Source: Paraphysomonas bandaiensis
Lineage: Eukaryota > Protista > Chrysophyceae
Assembly: GCA_965644295.1 (NCBI GenBank)
Contig: CBFFRP010000080.1
Span: 392,431-456,430 of the forward strand
DNA: 64,000 nt
Direction: 5' to 3'
The notes beneath the pieces were generated by a model. It had not been told where the DNA came from, did no database searches, and saw only the letters and a program-made list of their open reading frames with translations. Shown here piece by piece: positions 40,155 to 51,418 of this stretch. Position numbers and translations under genes: made by a program. Position 1 is the stretch's first letter; each line of letters starts with the position of its first letter.

Positions 40155-40619
40155 CTAAATATCACAAGCGTTCATGCCAGACTCACGAATTTCCACAACG
40201 AGTTGAGTGTTTCTTTCCCACTCCGCCGGTTCAATAACCCTCTTATAAAATTCTTGCATACTCTGTTTGTTTTTAAATACTTTTTGGCCACGGAAATTTA
40301 TAACTCTAACAGGAGGGGGAAATAATCTTCGAATAAACTCCTTGTGCAGCCTCTGCTGAGATGCTTCACGCTCCTCCTCCACCATACCGTGCTCTACTTG
40401 CATTTGCATCGCTTCCTGCTTCGCCTGCCGTTTCGCCATCTCCTTAACCTCCCTGTCTCTGCTAATATTGGCCTGTAAGCGTTTATCTGCATCAGACTTC
40501 ACTCCAACCTCTTGTGCAGCCTTCATTCTATTATTCCGCTGCCTGAGAGTGCTCGCTCGGCCTTTGGTGTTCACACCATTCTTAGGACGTGTGTCTGCTC
40601 GTTGATATTTCTTGGGCAT
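40155..40619 (-). CDS. Uncharacterised 154-aa basic coiled-coil protein
   Basis: Intact ATG-started ORF with protein-like charged composition, preceded by a tatata element; no recognisable domain. Confidence 0.6.
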   Translation of the reverse strand: MPKKYQRADTRPKNGVNTKGRASTLRQRNNRMKAAQEVGVKSDADKRLQANISRDREVKEMAKRQAKQEAMQMQVEHGMVEEEREASQQRLHKEFIRRLFPPPVRVINFRGQKVFKNKQSMQEFYKRVIEPAEWERNTQLVVEIRESGMNACDI

Positions 40620-41565
40620 GTTAGTTTATATATATATCACTGCCAGTGCTGGTCCCTGAGCAGTGCTGACTGTGCTGTGCTGTGAAAACAACGCACTGAC
40701 TGCGTGCGGTGGTATAGTGTACTCATCCACCAGTACACCAGTACACTGGTACACTCCATACACGAAGGACAGCAGCAGTATTACGGTACTACATTAGCGT
40801 ATACCGTTATGGAGAATGGTGCGGAGGGTGTGTGTCCATCAGTGTCCAAGCAACTGACGTGCAGTCAGACAATGCCTCACAGTGTTAACTAGTTCCCGGG
40901 TGTAATTTATCTGGATGATGGAGTTAAGAAGCGCTTTCTAATATCGAGGATGCTACCATTCTAGTGAAGGGTTCAGCTCTCATATCATGATTCGTTACAT
41001 AACGTCTATATCTTGTTGATGTTTATACACAGTTAGGTCCAATCAAGTGTTGAATCACCTCATAGAATATGTTCCTATCGAATCACTATGAATTCACTCC
41101 TTTGAACGTCAACAACATTTTACTATATAATATCAATTCTGCTAAAATGATACTGGCTGGAAGCTGCTGCTTGTAATTCTGGGATATAGTGTTCTACAGG
41201 AAGAACAACGGATAGTATTTAAACGAAAGACAAAAACTCTATGTGACTAGCGAACACGAGACTTCACTGATAAAATCTTTTCATTACAATTTTGACGGTA
41301 TTGATAACAGATGTAGAATATTTCTACAACATAGCACTTCTCATTTCTACAACAAATCTGCGGTTAGTTTTCTAACGTCTTAGAATACTTTTGTGTAATC
41401 TAACTCACGTCTTTGCAGCAAATAAAAGTGAAACAAAATGTATGCACATTACACACTTGTTTAAATTAAGTTTGATCGGTCAACGAAATAAATACTCGCG
41501 GAATATAAAGGTTTTGCGGTTACCTACTGATCACATAACACGATCTAACGGTGAACATATATATA

Positions 41566-42747
41566 CTACGTTCTGGTGTAAATAGTCACCTCATCATCAT
41601 CATATGCCACCACACCAATCTGGTCGTCATTTATAAAAGCTACGCCAGTGAGCTTTTTGTTTTCAACGGTGCAAGTAGAAAGTAGATCCATCTCCGCCGA
41701 AGCATAAGATGTAAAATCGGGCAGTGTCCATACGTGCATGTGCTGGTCTTCGCTCACAGACACAGCCATATAAAGTGTAGGGTGAATACAGAGGCCAGTG
41801 ATAGTCCTGGCGTGAGCAGTTACTTCAGCAGCTATCTCTTTCAGTGCTGTTCGATATAACCGAATATGACCGGTACTATATGCGGCAATTACCAAGTCCG
41901 CCTTTACGCACAAAGATGTACAAGGGAAACCACTACCCATAAATTTCCAAGTACACTCGAATCCAGCACTTGTGTCAAAGATGTACACATCACCGTCATC
42001 ATTACCCGCGGCCAGAACAGAGGAAGACGATGCCAGCGTAGATATGGGACAATCACGCTTAGTTTCCAGGTTATCAAAAAATGAAATGCCTTCGCCACCA
42101 CGAGCAGGAACATTAATAACTACTACGCTGCCTGAGGACGTTCCAGTGCAAATGTATCCACTACCGGTTCCTGTAATTCCACGACAGAAATGACCTAAAA
42201 ATATTGAAATAAGGCAAAGAAGAAAAGATGTTTAGACAGGAAATAACACAAAAACTATGTCGCGCGAAAAGCAACTTGAGCACCTCGTCATTTACCTTGT
42301 GCTTCTCCACATGTCATTGTGTTGAGTGGAAGGAAAGATTTTAGCTCCATACCATCAACTGACCATATCTGAGTTCCTTCTGAGCTTGTTATGACAAGAA
42401 ACAGAGTTGATGTGACGTTAACCAGAGCTGCTTGATGTACAGTGCATTTTGTTGATATTGGCATTTTTCGCGTCTCGCCAGAGCTAACAGAGAGCAGCAC
42501 AACTTCATTGTGACGCGCATAACACTGCAAAGAAAGAAGTCAGCATTGATATATACCAGAGCATTTAGAATAGAGTCACATGAATATATATATCAATATA
42601 TTTAGCATTTAGCGAGACAATATATCGGATATGAAAGCATAGTCATGAGGTGCAACTTACCGCATAATCAGAGCAACAGGAGAAGTTATTGGGTTGAAAA
42701 GAAACCGAGCCCGAAAGAGGAATCTGACGATCTTTAGAGAACGACAT
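41566..42747 (-). CDS. WDR54: WD40-repeat protein, WDR54-like (3 exons)
   Basis: MSFSKDRQIPLSGSVSFQPNNFS...; HFCRGI...ICTGTSSGSVVV; LASSSSVLAAGNDDGDV; AEVTAHARTITGL...SVSEDQHMHVWTLP. Confidence 0.75.
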
Positions 42748-43132
42748 AGAAGCCAATATTAGTGATTGATGTGATCACAATGGCTTCTCAACCCACTTAT
42801 GTCGGAGTAGTTATTGATATTCCAGGTTCAGTGCTATCATATATGGATATGAGCATCTGCTCTGGATAGATACTTGCAGTCAGTAACTGCTCCACATCGT
42901 ATTACTACAATATACGGTACGTATTCCCACACAGTCGTATACAATGCTGTATAAATGTATTTCTCTGTATGCCATATCGCCAGCCTGCACATACAGAACC
43001 AGCCACTTGTTTCGACACAGCGTCCTGTCGAAGTCGAAGTGAAGTGGAAGTGAGATAGAAGAGAGTACTTGAATTACGAGTAACTTACAGAGAGCTCTGC
43101 GCATCAGCTCACAGTCATAACCCACAAACAAC

Positions 43133-44903
43133 ATGTCGGCTGCTGATAATACGACTGTCCCCATAGATGAGGCCACAGTGGCTTATTTGGTGGACAACCA
43201 AATCATCAGTGTCAATGATGCGATATCTGTTCTGTCCTCTCAATCGAGCAGCTCAATAACGCCTATAACTCGTGAGGTACCGGACGGCAGCCGTATATAC
43301 AAACGAAGCATTGTTTTTCTTCTAGGCGCTGCTGTAAAGCACTTGAATCTCGGCCCATTGTCTGTCGAGGAATGCGTTGGCTCCAGTTTTGTATTTCATT
43401 TACCGAAAGCATCCCTATCGGCTGAAACCACTTCTAACATCCAACAAGAAATGCGCCAACTAATTGCCAAAAAGCTTCCTATTCAGCCTCAAACTGTTCC
43501 TCGTTTGGTGGCTATTAAGTACTTCACCGAACTCGAAGCCAGTCGCACTGCTGATTTGATTAAATTCTCCTCCGATACACACGTGTCGTGCCACTCTCTC
43601 AATCTTGATGGCGTGTCGTATTTAGCCCTTTCACATGGAAATATCGCTCCATACACACACAGTATTAACCCGGACCACTTCGAGTTAGATTTTCATATGG
43701 AGCCTTACCCCCACTTCAGACTTTATCATGCGTCGTATGACTACAGACAGCATCAATTTACACTGATGCGACCTGATGAACCGAAGTTGATGTTAGCATA
43801 TACAATGCAGAAGAAATGGGCCTCCCAGTTAAACTTTAATACTCTAACCAGTATTAATCGTGCAATTGGTGAAAGCAGGACAACATCGATGATTCAGCTT
43901 TCTGAAGCCCTACACGATCACCAGGTGAGTGAAGAGTTTTTGTTATGTATTTGTCGCAATATGTTTATGTAAACCTAATAGCAATTGTGTTTCTTATGTG
44001 AAAATTCTGAAGGTGGTAAACATCGCCTCTCGAATTGGTGGTACCCCGGGTGAGTCAATGCCTGCAACTCGCCCACGGCTGGTGCTCATAGCAGGTCCAT
44101 CTTCATCGGGAAAAACAACATTTGCCAAACGTCTCTGCGTATCTCTGGAAACCCTGGGAGTGAAGCCTATTGTTCTTTCTGTGGATTCTTATTACAAAGC
44201 CTGGCAGGAAATTGACATCCGTGGAATGGAATACGTAGACTGGGAGGCCTTGGGCAGTCTTAACCTTGACCTTTTAAATGATCATCTTATTAGTTTGCTG
44301 GATGGCGAAGAGGTCCTCGTACCGGAGTATGATATGAAAACGTCAATGCCCCTTCCTATGGATCACTGGGTTAAGACTCGCCTTCCTCCGGGTGGTATCA
44401 TTATTATGGAGGGAATACACTGCCTCAATCCTCACCTTACTCCCAGGGTACCAAAGCAGGACAAGTTTCAGATAATGATTTCTCCTTTGTCTGCAGTGGC
44501 ATTGGATGACCTCCACATGATATCTAGCACCCAAGTCAGAATGCTACGTCGTATGGTAAGAGACTATCTTTTCAGGGGACGCTCAGCAACTGCCACTCTC
44601 AAACAGTGGCCCGGTGTTGTTCGAGGAGAGCGCATCAACATATTCCCTAATCAAAACAATGCCGACGTCGTAATGAACTCCGCACTGATATATGAGACCC
44701 ATGTACTCAAAGTACATGCGGAGCCACTCCTTCGCTCAATAACACCAGAGCATACCGAGTACGCTGAGGCGAGAAGGCTTCTCGGCATGTTGGACAGACT
44801 TGTCACTATGCCAGCCAATGCTGTGCCCCCTCAGTCACTATTACGAGAATTCATAGGAGGAAGCTGGTTCTATGACTTTGGTGGATGGTATAAGTCTGCG
44901 TAA
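43133..44903 (+). CDS. Long-form uridine/nucleoside kinase with N-terminal ThrRS/AlaRS-like domain (2 exons; intron ~43925-44012)
   Basis: DGSRIYKRSIVFLL; SEALH; Walker A LVLIAGPSSSGKTTFAKRL; IIIMEGIHCLNP; RMLRRMVRDYLFRG; INIFPNQNNADVVMNSALIYE; SLLREFIGGS. Confidence 0.9.
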
Positions 44904-45342
44904 AATACTGTATAAGGTATGTTCAACCTTTGTGGCTACGAGGTTAGTGTAGACGTAGCAGTAATAGTATGACAGACAGGTCGTTAGAAGTGTTGTCGTT
45001 GGCAGATATTCTGTAACCATTAGAAATTAAAATAATAAATGCATACACTGCGCCTATTTATAGTGTGTAAATTGTAAACCACTTCTGAGCTTGTATTCAC
45101 GACCAGTAGTGAATGTATGACTATTAGCAATAGACGTGTAAGCGTGTAAGAGTCAGAACTAGTGTAGCATCTCACTTTAACTATATAGTGCTTAACTCTG
45201 ATATCTAGCTATTTGGCCCTACGAAAGCTGCTTGTGCGACCCAAAGACCAAAGACATCTACACAAGTGACACTAATTTGTGTCCCTTGTACACACAAGCA
45301 TTTGGCTATGAGTCGGCAGAACAATATCTGATGACTATATAT

Positions 45343-45464
45343 CAGGGCCTGGTAACCGTTAATGGTAATGCCGTTATAATTGCCGGGACATTTTTCATTA
45401 ATACCATTATAATTGCCGGGAACTGGCCTACCATTAATGGGTCATTAATGGTTACCAGGCCCTG
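45343..45464. mobile_element. 122-bp hAT-type MITE
   Basis: TIR cagggcctggtaacc / ggttaccaggccctg; 8-bp TSD ctatatat on both sides; same family as 37545-39869. Confidence 0.88.
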
Positions 45465-45472
45465 CTATATAT

Positions 45473-46723
45473 CAGGGCTGCGTATCAATTAATTGTCAAT
45501 TAATTGACGCAGGTTGTAGTCAATTATAATTGCAATTATTACTTGCTGTCTCAATTTCAACTATTGCAATTAACTGCAATTAACTGCAATTAATTGCAAT
45601 TAATTGCAATTATTTAGTACTAAAATACACTAGCTGCGAATATAGCTACCTCAACTGTCATTTCATTCCAGAGGCAACGATTCATGCGAAAATCATAATT
45701 AGCACTAAATGTTGAGGATTCAAGCTCTTGAGCAAGCCCGTCATAACAATCGTAGCTCTACTGAGCAACCTCTCAACCTTATTGGTTGTGCTATGCAAGT
45801 GTTTCATCCGTAACGCGTTTGCTTATTAAGTCTTGCTCGCTTCCGCTGCCTGCTACCATCAAACAAACGTTGCGCTGCGTCGTCATTCGGAGCTAGACTC
45901 GCACCGTCATAATCTTCTTCTTCCTCATCGAACAAATATATTTTAGTTTGATCCTTTGCCGTCCGAGCTACGGCTTCGTTGCCACATTGAATCTTCACGA
46001 CTGCCTTTTCGAAAGCAGCGTTAAAAATAATAGCAGCACTGTCGCCCAGATGACGCTCAACAATCGGGTGCATTATGAAGGGTTCGTCAATCAATGTGCA
46101 AACGTCGTGGAAGTCAAGCTGGTGTAACCTTACTTCTGTAATTGTACTACACTTATTTTTATAATACAGGGCATAATATACATGTATATACTCTGTATAT
46201 AGAGGTGGATAGTCCTACAATTAGACTTTTAACACATCGGAACCAAACTCGAAAGATCGCATATGATTAGATAGAAGCAAGTAGCGGTCAATCACGGAAA
46301 ATGTGGAGCCCCTTTTCCTGCAGGACAAATCTCTATTGCAGCCTCTTCGTTATTATTATCATCATTTATTTACTTTCTCAAATATTTACTTTATTTACTC
46401 GTGCAATGACTTCTGGTGCCAATTTGTCGCTCCTATTGCTAATTAATTAAATGAATTACTATGTGAGATAATCCTATGGATATTATAGTCTTTCACCAGC
46501 CTTCGATTTTTATCCTAAAAATTGGATTTTTTACTAAAAATGCCGTTTTTGAACAACTTTTCAGCATAAAAAGGTGGGTTTTTTAATATCAATTAATTGA
46601 AGCTAGTTGGAGTCAATTATAATTGCAATTATGAATCGATGTCCCAATTTCAACAATTGCAATTTCAATAATTGACAATTAATTGCAATTAATTGAAAAT
46701 CAATTAATTGATACGCAGCCCTG
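45473..46723 (-). mobile_element. Non-autonomous hAT transposon with transposase remnant
   Basis: Perfect 23-bp TIR cagggctgcgtatcaattaattg; TSD ctatatat; subterminal (aattgc)n repeats. Remnant AIIFNAAFEKAVVKIQ...RKRARL...TNKVERLLSRATIVMT. Confidence 0.9.
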
Positions 46724-47371
46724 CTATATATGCGGCTCACGTTAGTTTCCCGGAAAAATATCTCCGACACTTATCCCCGAAAAGGTGCGAGTCCGACTTT
46801 GTTGAGGCTAAAATTGCTTAGGTTTAATCATAAATCATATACTACTTTGAATAGAGGTGTTAATGTGACCAGGTAATTCAACCAATTCGACTAGGGTGTC
46901 CTTTTCCAGTTGATGTTGATATATAGTACTGTATTCATTATCAACGGGTATTCATTGAAAATGTTAAACCACATCATTCAATAGTTACCAAGAGGGAAAG
47001 ACTATAAACGCAGACATTCTAGGATTTAGTGAATTCACCGCGAATGCGATACACTACAAATGCGGTACTAGTATTCATGCAACACACAAATCGATGTTGT
47101 GTGTTATATAGTCAATTGAGTTGGTCAGGGAAATATATATTGCAGCTGTATGGTGACTGTATTGTATCAATACCATTGGTGAAGCTTCAATCGGAAAAAC
47201 AATCCATATTGCAATAATTCCTGCCTAGCCCTGGAATGCATGATTTATTCTAGATCAATACTTACTAACAAAGACGTCAGTGCTTAGCAAAATCACACCA
47301 CAACCATATCACATCAAAAAACTGATTCACAATAAAATACTAACTGTAACATACAAACTATCCATCCAGAA

Positions 47372-50300
47372 TTATGAGTCCTCAGCAACTACCTTATTCA
47401 AACTTTCTCTCAACCTCTCGAATTGTGCTGCTGAATTATGTGCAATATCCCACTTATCTTTGTTCGCTTCCTTGTTAGCATCAAGAATACGATTCAGTCG
47501 TTTCGCCTCTTCTTTCGCCCTCTGCTGTTCGCGCATATACCGCTTCAATTCTAGTGCTTCTTTCTTCCTCTCACTTTCGCGCACCCTCTTATCCAGCTGA
47601 AGCATTGTGGCAGTGTGTCGTATTTCACCGTCCATTGCTCGTTCTAGCTTATTCCCTTGGTTACCAATCGCCTTCATAACCGTCTCCATGTCATACGCAG
47701 CTGCTTTCCGTTCTTCTGCTTTCTTCTGCTCAATTTTGGTGCGGACAACTTTAGCCTCACGAATTCTGGAATCAACTTCTTTACGGTGCTCCATGTAACC
47801 TGTAGTGTCGCTATCAATCTCATACCAGCGAGGAAACATACCGTATTCCTTAGCCTGCGACCACATATAACATATAACTGTACGTGAAAAAACTATATAT
47901 ATACATGTGGATTTTAAATCGCAGCACATGTAATAATTGCAACACATCACAAAATAAAGCAAAAAGGTCTCACAGGAATTTTAATCGCACCTTGAAGTAA
48001 ACGTGCTCAGCATGTTTGCACAAGCCATCATGCCAACTCTTAGGAAGTCTCTCCCGTAATTCTTGTATGAAGTCCGATAGCCCCAGTTTGTTCATATAGT
48101 GCAACGCGCCATGTTCAAGCCAAACAATCTCAGCAGTATTATAAAATATTCGCATTCCATAAAGAAAGTCAACCGCCTCGGCAACAGAGTTTCCATACGG
48201 ACAGTCTTTGACGCGATCATCAGCCCACATTTTCCCCCATTTCTGAGGTAAATCACTCCACGGATTAGCAGCTAAATTTACATGAGGCACTGTTTCCAGA
48301 ATATCTGCAAACTCAACAGGAACTGCCCGCAGTGAGTTATGGCTGAGATCTAGCGTGGTCAACATGGTCATCGCATTAATGTTCCGTGGCAGAAGGGTTA
48401 GACTGTTATTAGCTAACTGAAGAGCTTTCAGTTGAGACATGGACCTCAGCTCGATCGGAAAGCGAGTAAATCTATTGTTCGTAAGATCAAGAGTTGTCAG
48501 CTTCTTGAGATGTAATATCGTCTCAGGGATTGTGGACAGGCAATTGCAGTGCAATTTAAATTCGACGAGTTCTTCAAGTCCAATTATGCTGCGTGGTAAA
48601 GCGTCAATTCTGTTGTGCGATACATCTATGCTTCGAATACTAGATATCAGACCCATTGTTTCTGGTAGACCGCCCCTAATCTGATTGTGATGCATCTCCA
48701 GCACGCGGATGTTATTACAAGAGCCCAACTCAGGCGGAACAGACTCCATCTTGTTATAATTTAATTTTAGCTCTATCAAGTTCACCATTAAACCAATTTC
48801 TTTCGGAATCACACTGATCTCGTTGTTCGTTAAATCTAGACACTCGAGGGAGGTACAAAACCCCATATCACCATATATTTGTCTGATAGAGTTTTTGTGC
48901 AACACTAAGTGTTTCAGACTCGTACATCCGTTAAAACGATTTGGGGCACCTGCAATCCCGTTTTCAGATAAGTTACAATATGTTAATTTCTTCAAATCTG
49001 AGAATGATGGCGGCAAAAAAGCAATATTGTTTGACGAGGCATCAATAAATGACAAACTCACACACAGTCCAATGCCCTGAGGAAGAGAGCTCAGGTTATT
49101 ATTTCTCACATTAAGATGGAATAAGGAAGCCATAAACTGACAGTCTTCGGGAAGCTCTCTTAGTGTATTATTCGACACATCTATATACTCAAGCCGAATA
49201 CAGTTTCCAAGAGAATGAGGCAAATGACACAGCCGATTCGAATGTGCATTGAGGTAACGTAACGCACTGCAACCTCCAAAACTATTAGGCAGTGACTCAA
49301 GGTGATTGTTAGATATATCCAACCGTTGGAGCATACTTAGGGCACCAAACTGTTCAGGCAACCTTCTTAGGCGATTCGAGTCCAACTCTAATACCTCAAT
49401 TTTATTCATATTTTCAATTTCAAGAGGTAAACTCTTTATTCTATTCTGACTGAGCTTAAAACTACGCAACGCAGTCAGCCAAAAGAAAAATCCCTGCTCC
49501 GGCAGTGCGTCCAATTTATTTCTAGAAGCATCTAGAATTACTAAATACGATAGTTTCAACTGAGCCTCTTCCCCTTCGTACATATGTTTTGGGATTAGTC
49601 GAAGCTCTTTAATGCTAATATCCAACCGATCCAATCCATGAGCACGAATTTGATCGGACCTCAACTTCGTTTTCTGCTTCATGAGCTCGATTAACTCTTC
49701 CTTCTTGTTTTCTTTATTGATCGCTTGCTTCTGTAAGAGTTTATTGCGGAGAACCTTTTCCTCAAGACGTTTCTTTGCTTTTTCTTCTTGCTCACGCTTT
49801 ATAACCAGTCGCTTCTCTTGGTTCCTCAGAGCTGTAAATTTTGCAGCCTCATGAATAAGAGCCTCTCGTTTCTGTGCAGCAGCAATGCGTTTCGCATCTT
49901 TCTTTTCGCGGCGTTCTTTCTTAATCTTTTCCACTACACTATTGATGCGGGATATATTTGACAAATACGCATTCTCAGCTTCTGTAATGTATCGCACAAG
50001 CCTGTCACGATTCCGTTGCTGACCGAGCATTCCCTCATCTGGTTTGAGATTGCGCTTCTTCATCTCGCTATCTACATCAATCATCTTTACCCACGCCTTC
50101 TTGAAAGGTTCTAATTGAATATAACCCTCGTCCAAATCCTTCGGCTTCACTCCACTGGCTGCACAAAACGCTTTCATAAGCTCCTCCTCTTCCTTACGGA
50201 CCCCTAGCATATGTGCAGCCTCACAAAACCCCGAAAAGTCCAAACCCGATTTCGTCGATACAACGCCGTAAGTTTCCACATCATTCGTAGGAACAATTTT

Positions 50301-51418
50301 TAGAGAATCATATATGTCTAGCATTTCTACATCAGCAGTCTGTCCAAGAATGTCGTACGCAATCAACAAATTAACAAATTCAGTCAATCCTAATTCACGA
50401 TCGCCTTCAATATCAACAGCTTCAAATATTCGACGTGCTTGAATATCCACCAAAAATATATCCAAATACCGTAACATATCAATCGTGCGAGGAAACGATG
50501 CTTCATCACTATCGTGCATATCGTAGCGAAGCCACGCTTTTTTCGCAGACTTCCTATAGTGGGTCATACCTTTAACTCTGTCAGATACCTTCCGACGGTT
50601 TGAATTATCGTCACTGGTGACAGCTTTACGATCAATTGCTTTGTTAAGAATGTCGTTGATTTCTGAAAAATGTAGCTCTGCTGTTGCGTCGATTTTCATT
50701 GCCCTTGCAGATGCAAACTTAATATATCCGTACACCACGGGCTCTTCAGTAATCGGGCGGTCTGAAGGCAACTTGCACACGACTAACCCTTTGTACTGCA
50801 GTACATCTGGAATGTTTTTCAATGACACTTCGAAAGTACCAGTCGTTCCTTGCTTGGCAAAATGACCCTGGGAATTGTACTTACGCAAATGGACCTTTGT
50901 GCCAATAGTGTGAATGTCAACCATTCTGGGCTTGGGAGTTTTCTTGCATAGATACACGTACATATCTGCAATATTAGTTGGGATGACTTCTTTTTCGACC
51001 TTCGTTTTGACACTTTCCTTTTCTTGCTCCTCATTATCACTGTCGTCATTTGTTTTATTCGTTGAAGCGGCTTTCGATGCTTCATCTTTACTCGCACCTC
51101 TGAAATTAACCCGAACCTAAAATATAATATCAAAATAACTACTCTAAACATACATATATATATATATACAGCTCATACAGTGGTGACATACATCACGAAA
51201 AAACAACTTCAAGCTTCCAGACAGTTCTTTAATCTCTGCGGATCCAGATATGTAATAGTCACTTCTCGACGCATCACCTGTACAGATAGAGGCATCACTC
51301 ATTCCCCATATGATACATGCGTATGTTATCTGTTACCTTCTTCGAACTCCCCGCTGACTTTAGGGGTCCACAGCCCCCCTAATATCTGAGCTCTCTTTGG
51401 GATCACCACTGGAATCAT
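47372..51418 (-). CDS. Large protein: EF-hand-like region + coiled coil + ~20 leucine-rich repeats + C-terminal coiled coil (multi-exon; start uncertain)
   Basis: 997-aa ORF 47970-50963 with many LxxLxLxxNxLxxLP repeats and EF-like IFEAVDIEGDRELGLTEF. Upstream exons splice in frame (MIPVVIPKRAQILGGLW...|GDASRSDYY...|VRVNFRG). Last exon AKEYGMFPRWY... Confidence 0.88.

Larger units (their letters stand above)
45100..46807 (-). mobile_element. SINE-like element split by two hAT insertions
   Basis: Tail and body at 45100-45342; head at 46724-46807. Removing 45343-46731 restores a sequence collinear with the 28985-29468 copy. Confidence 0.75.
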
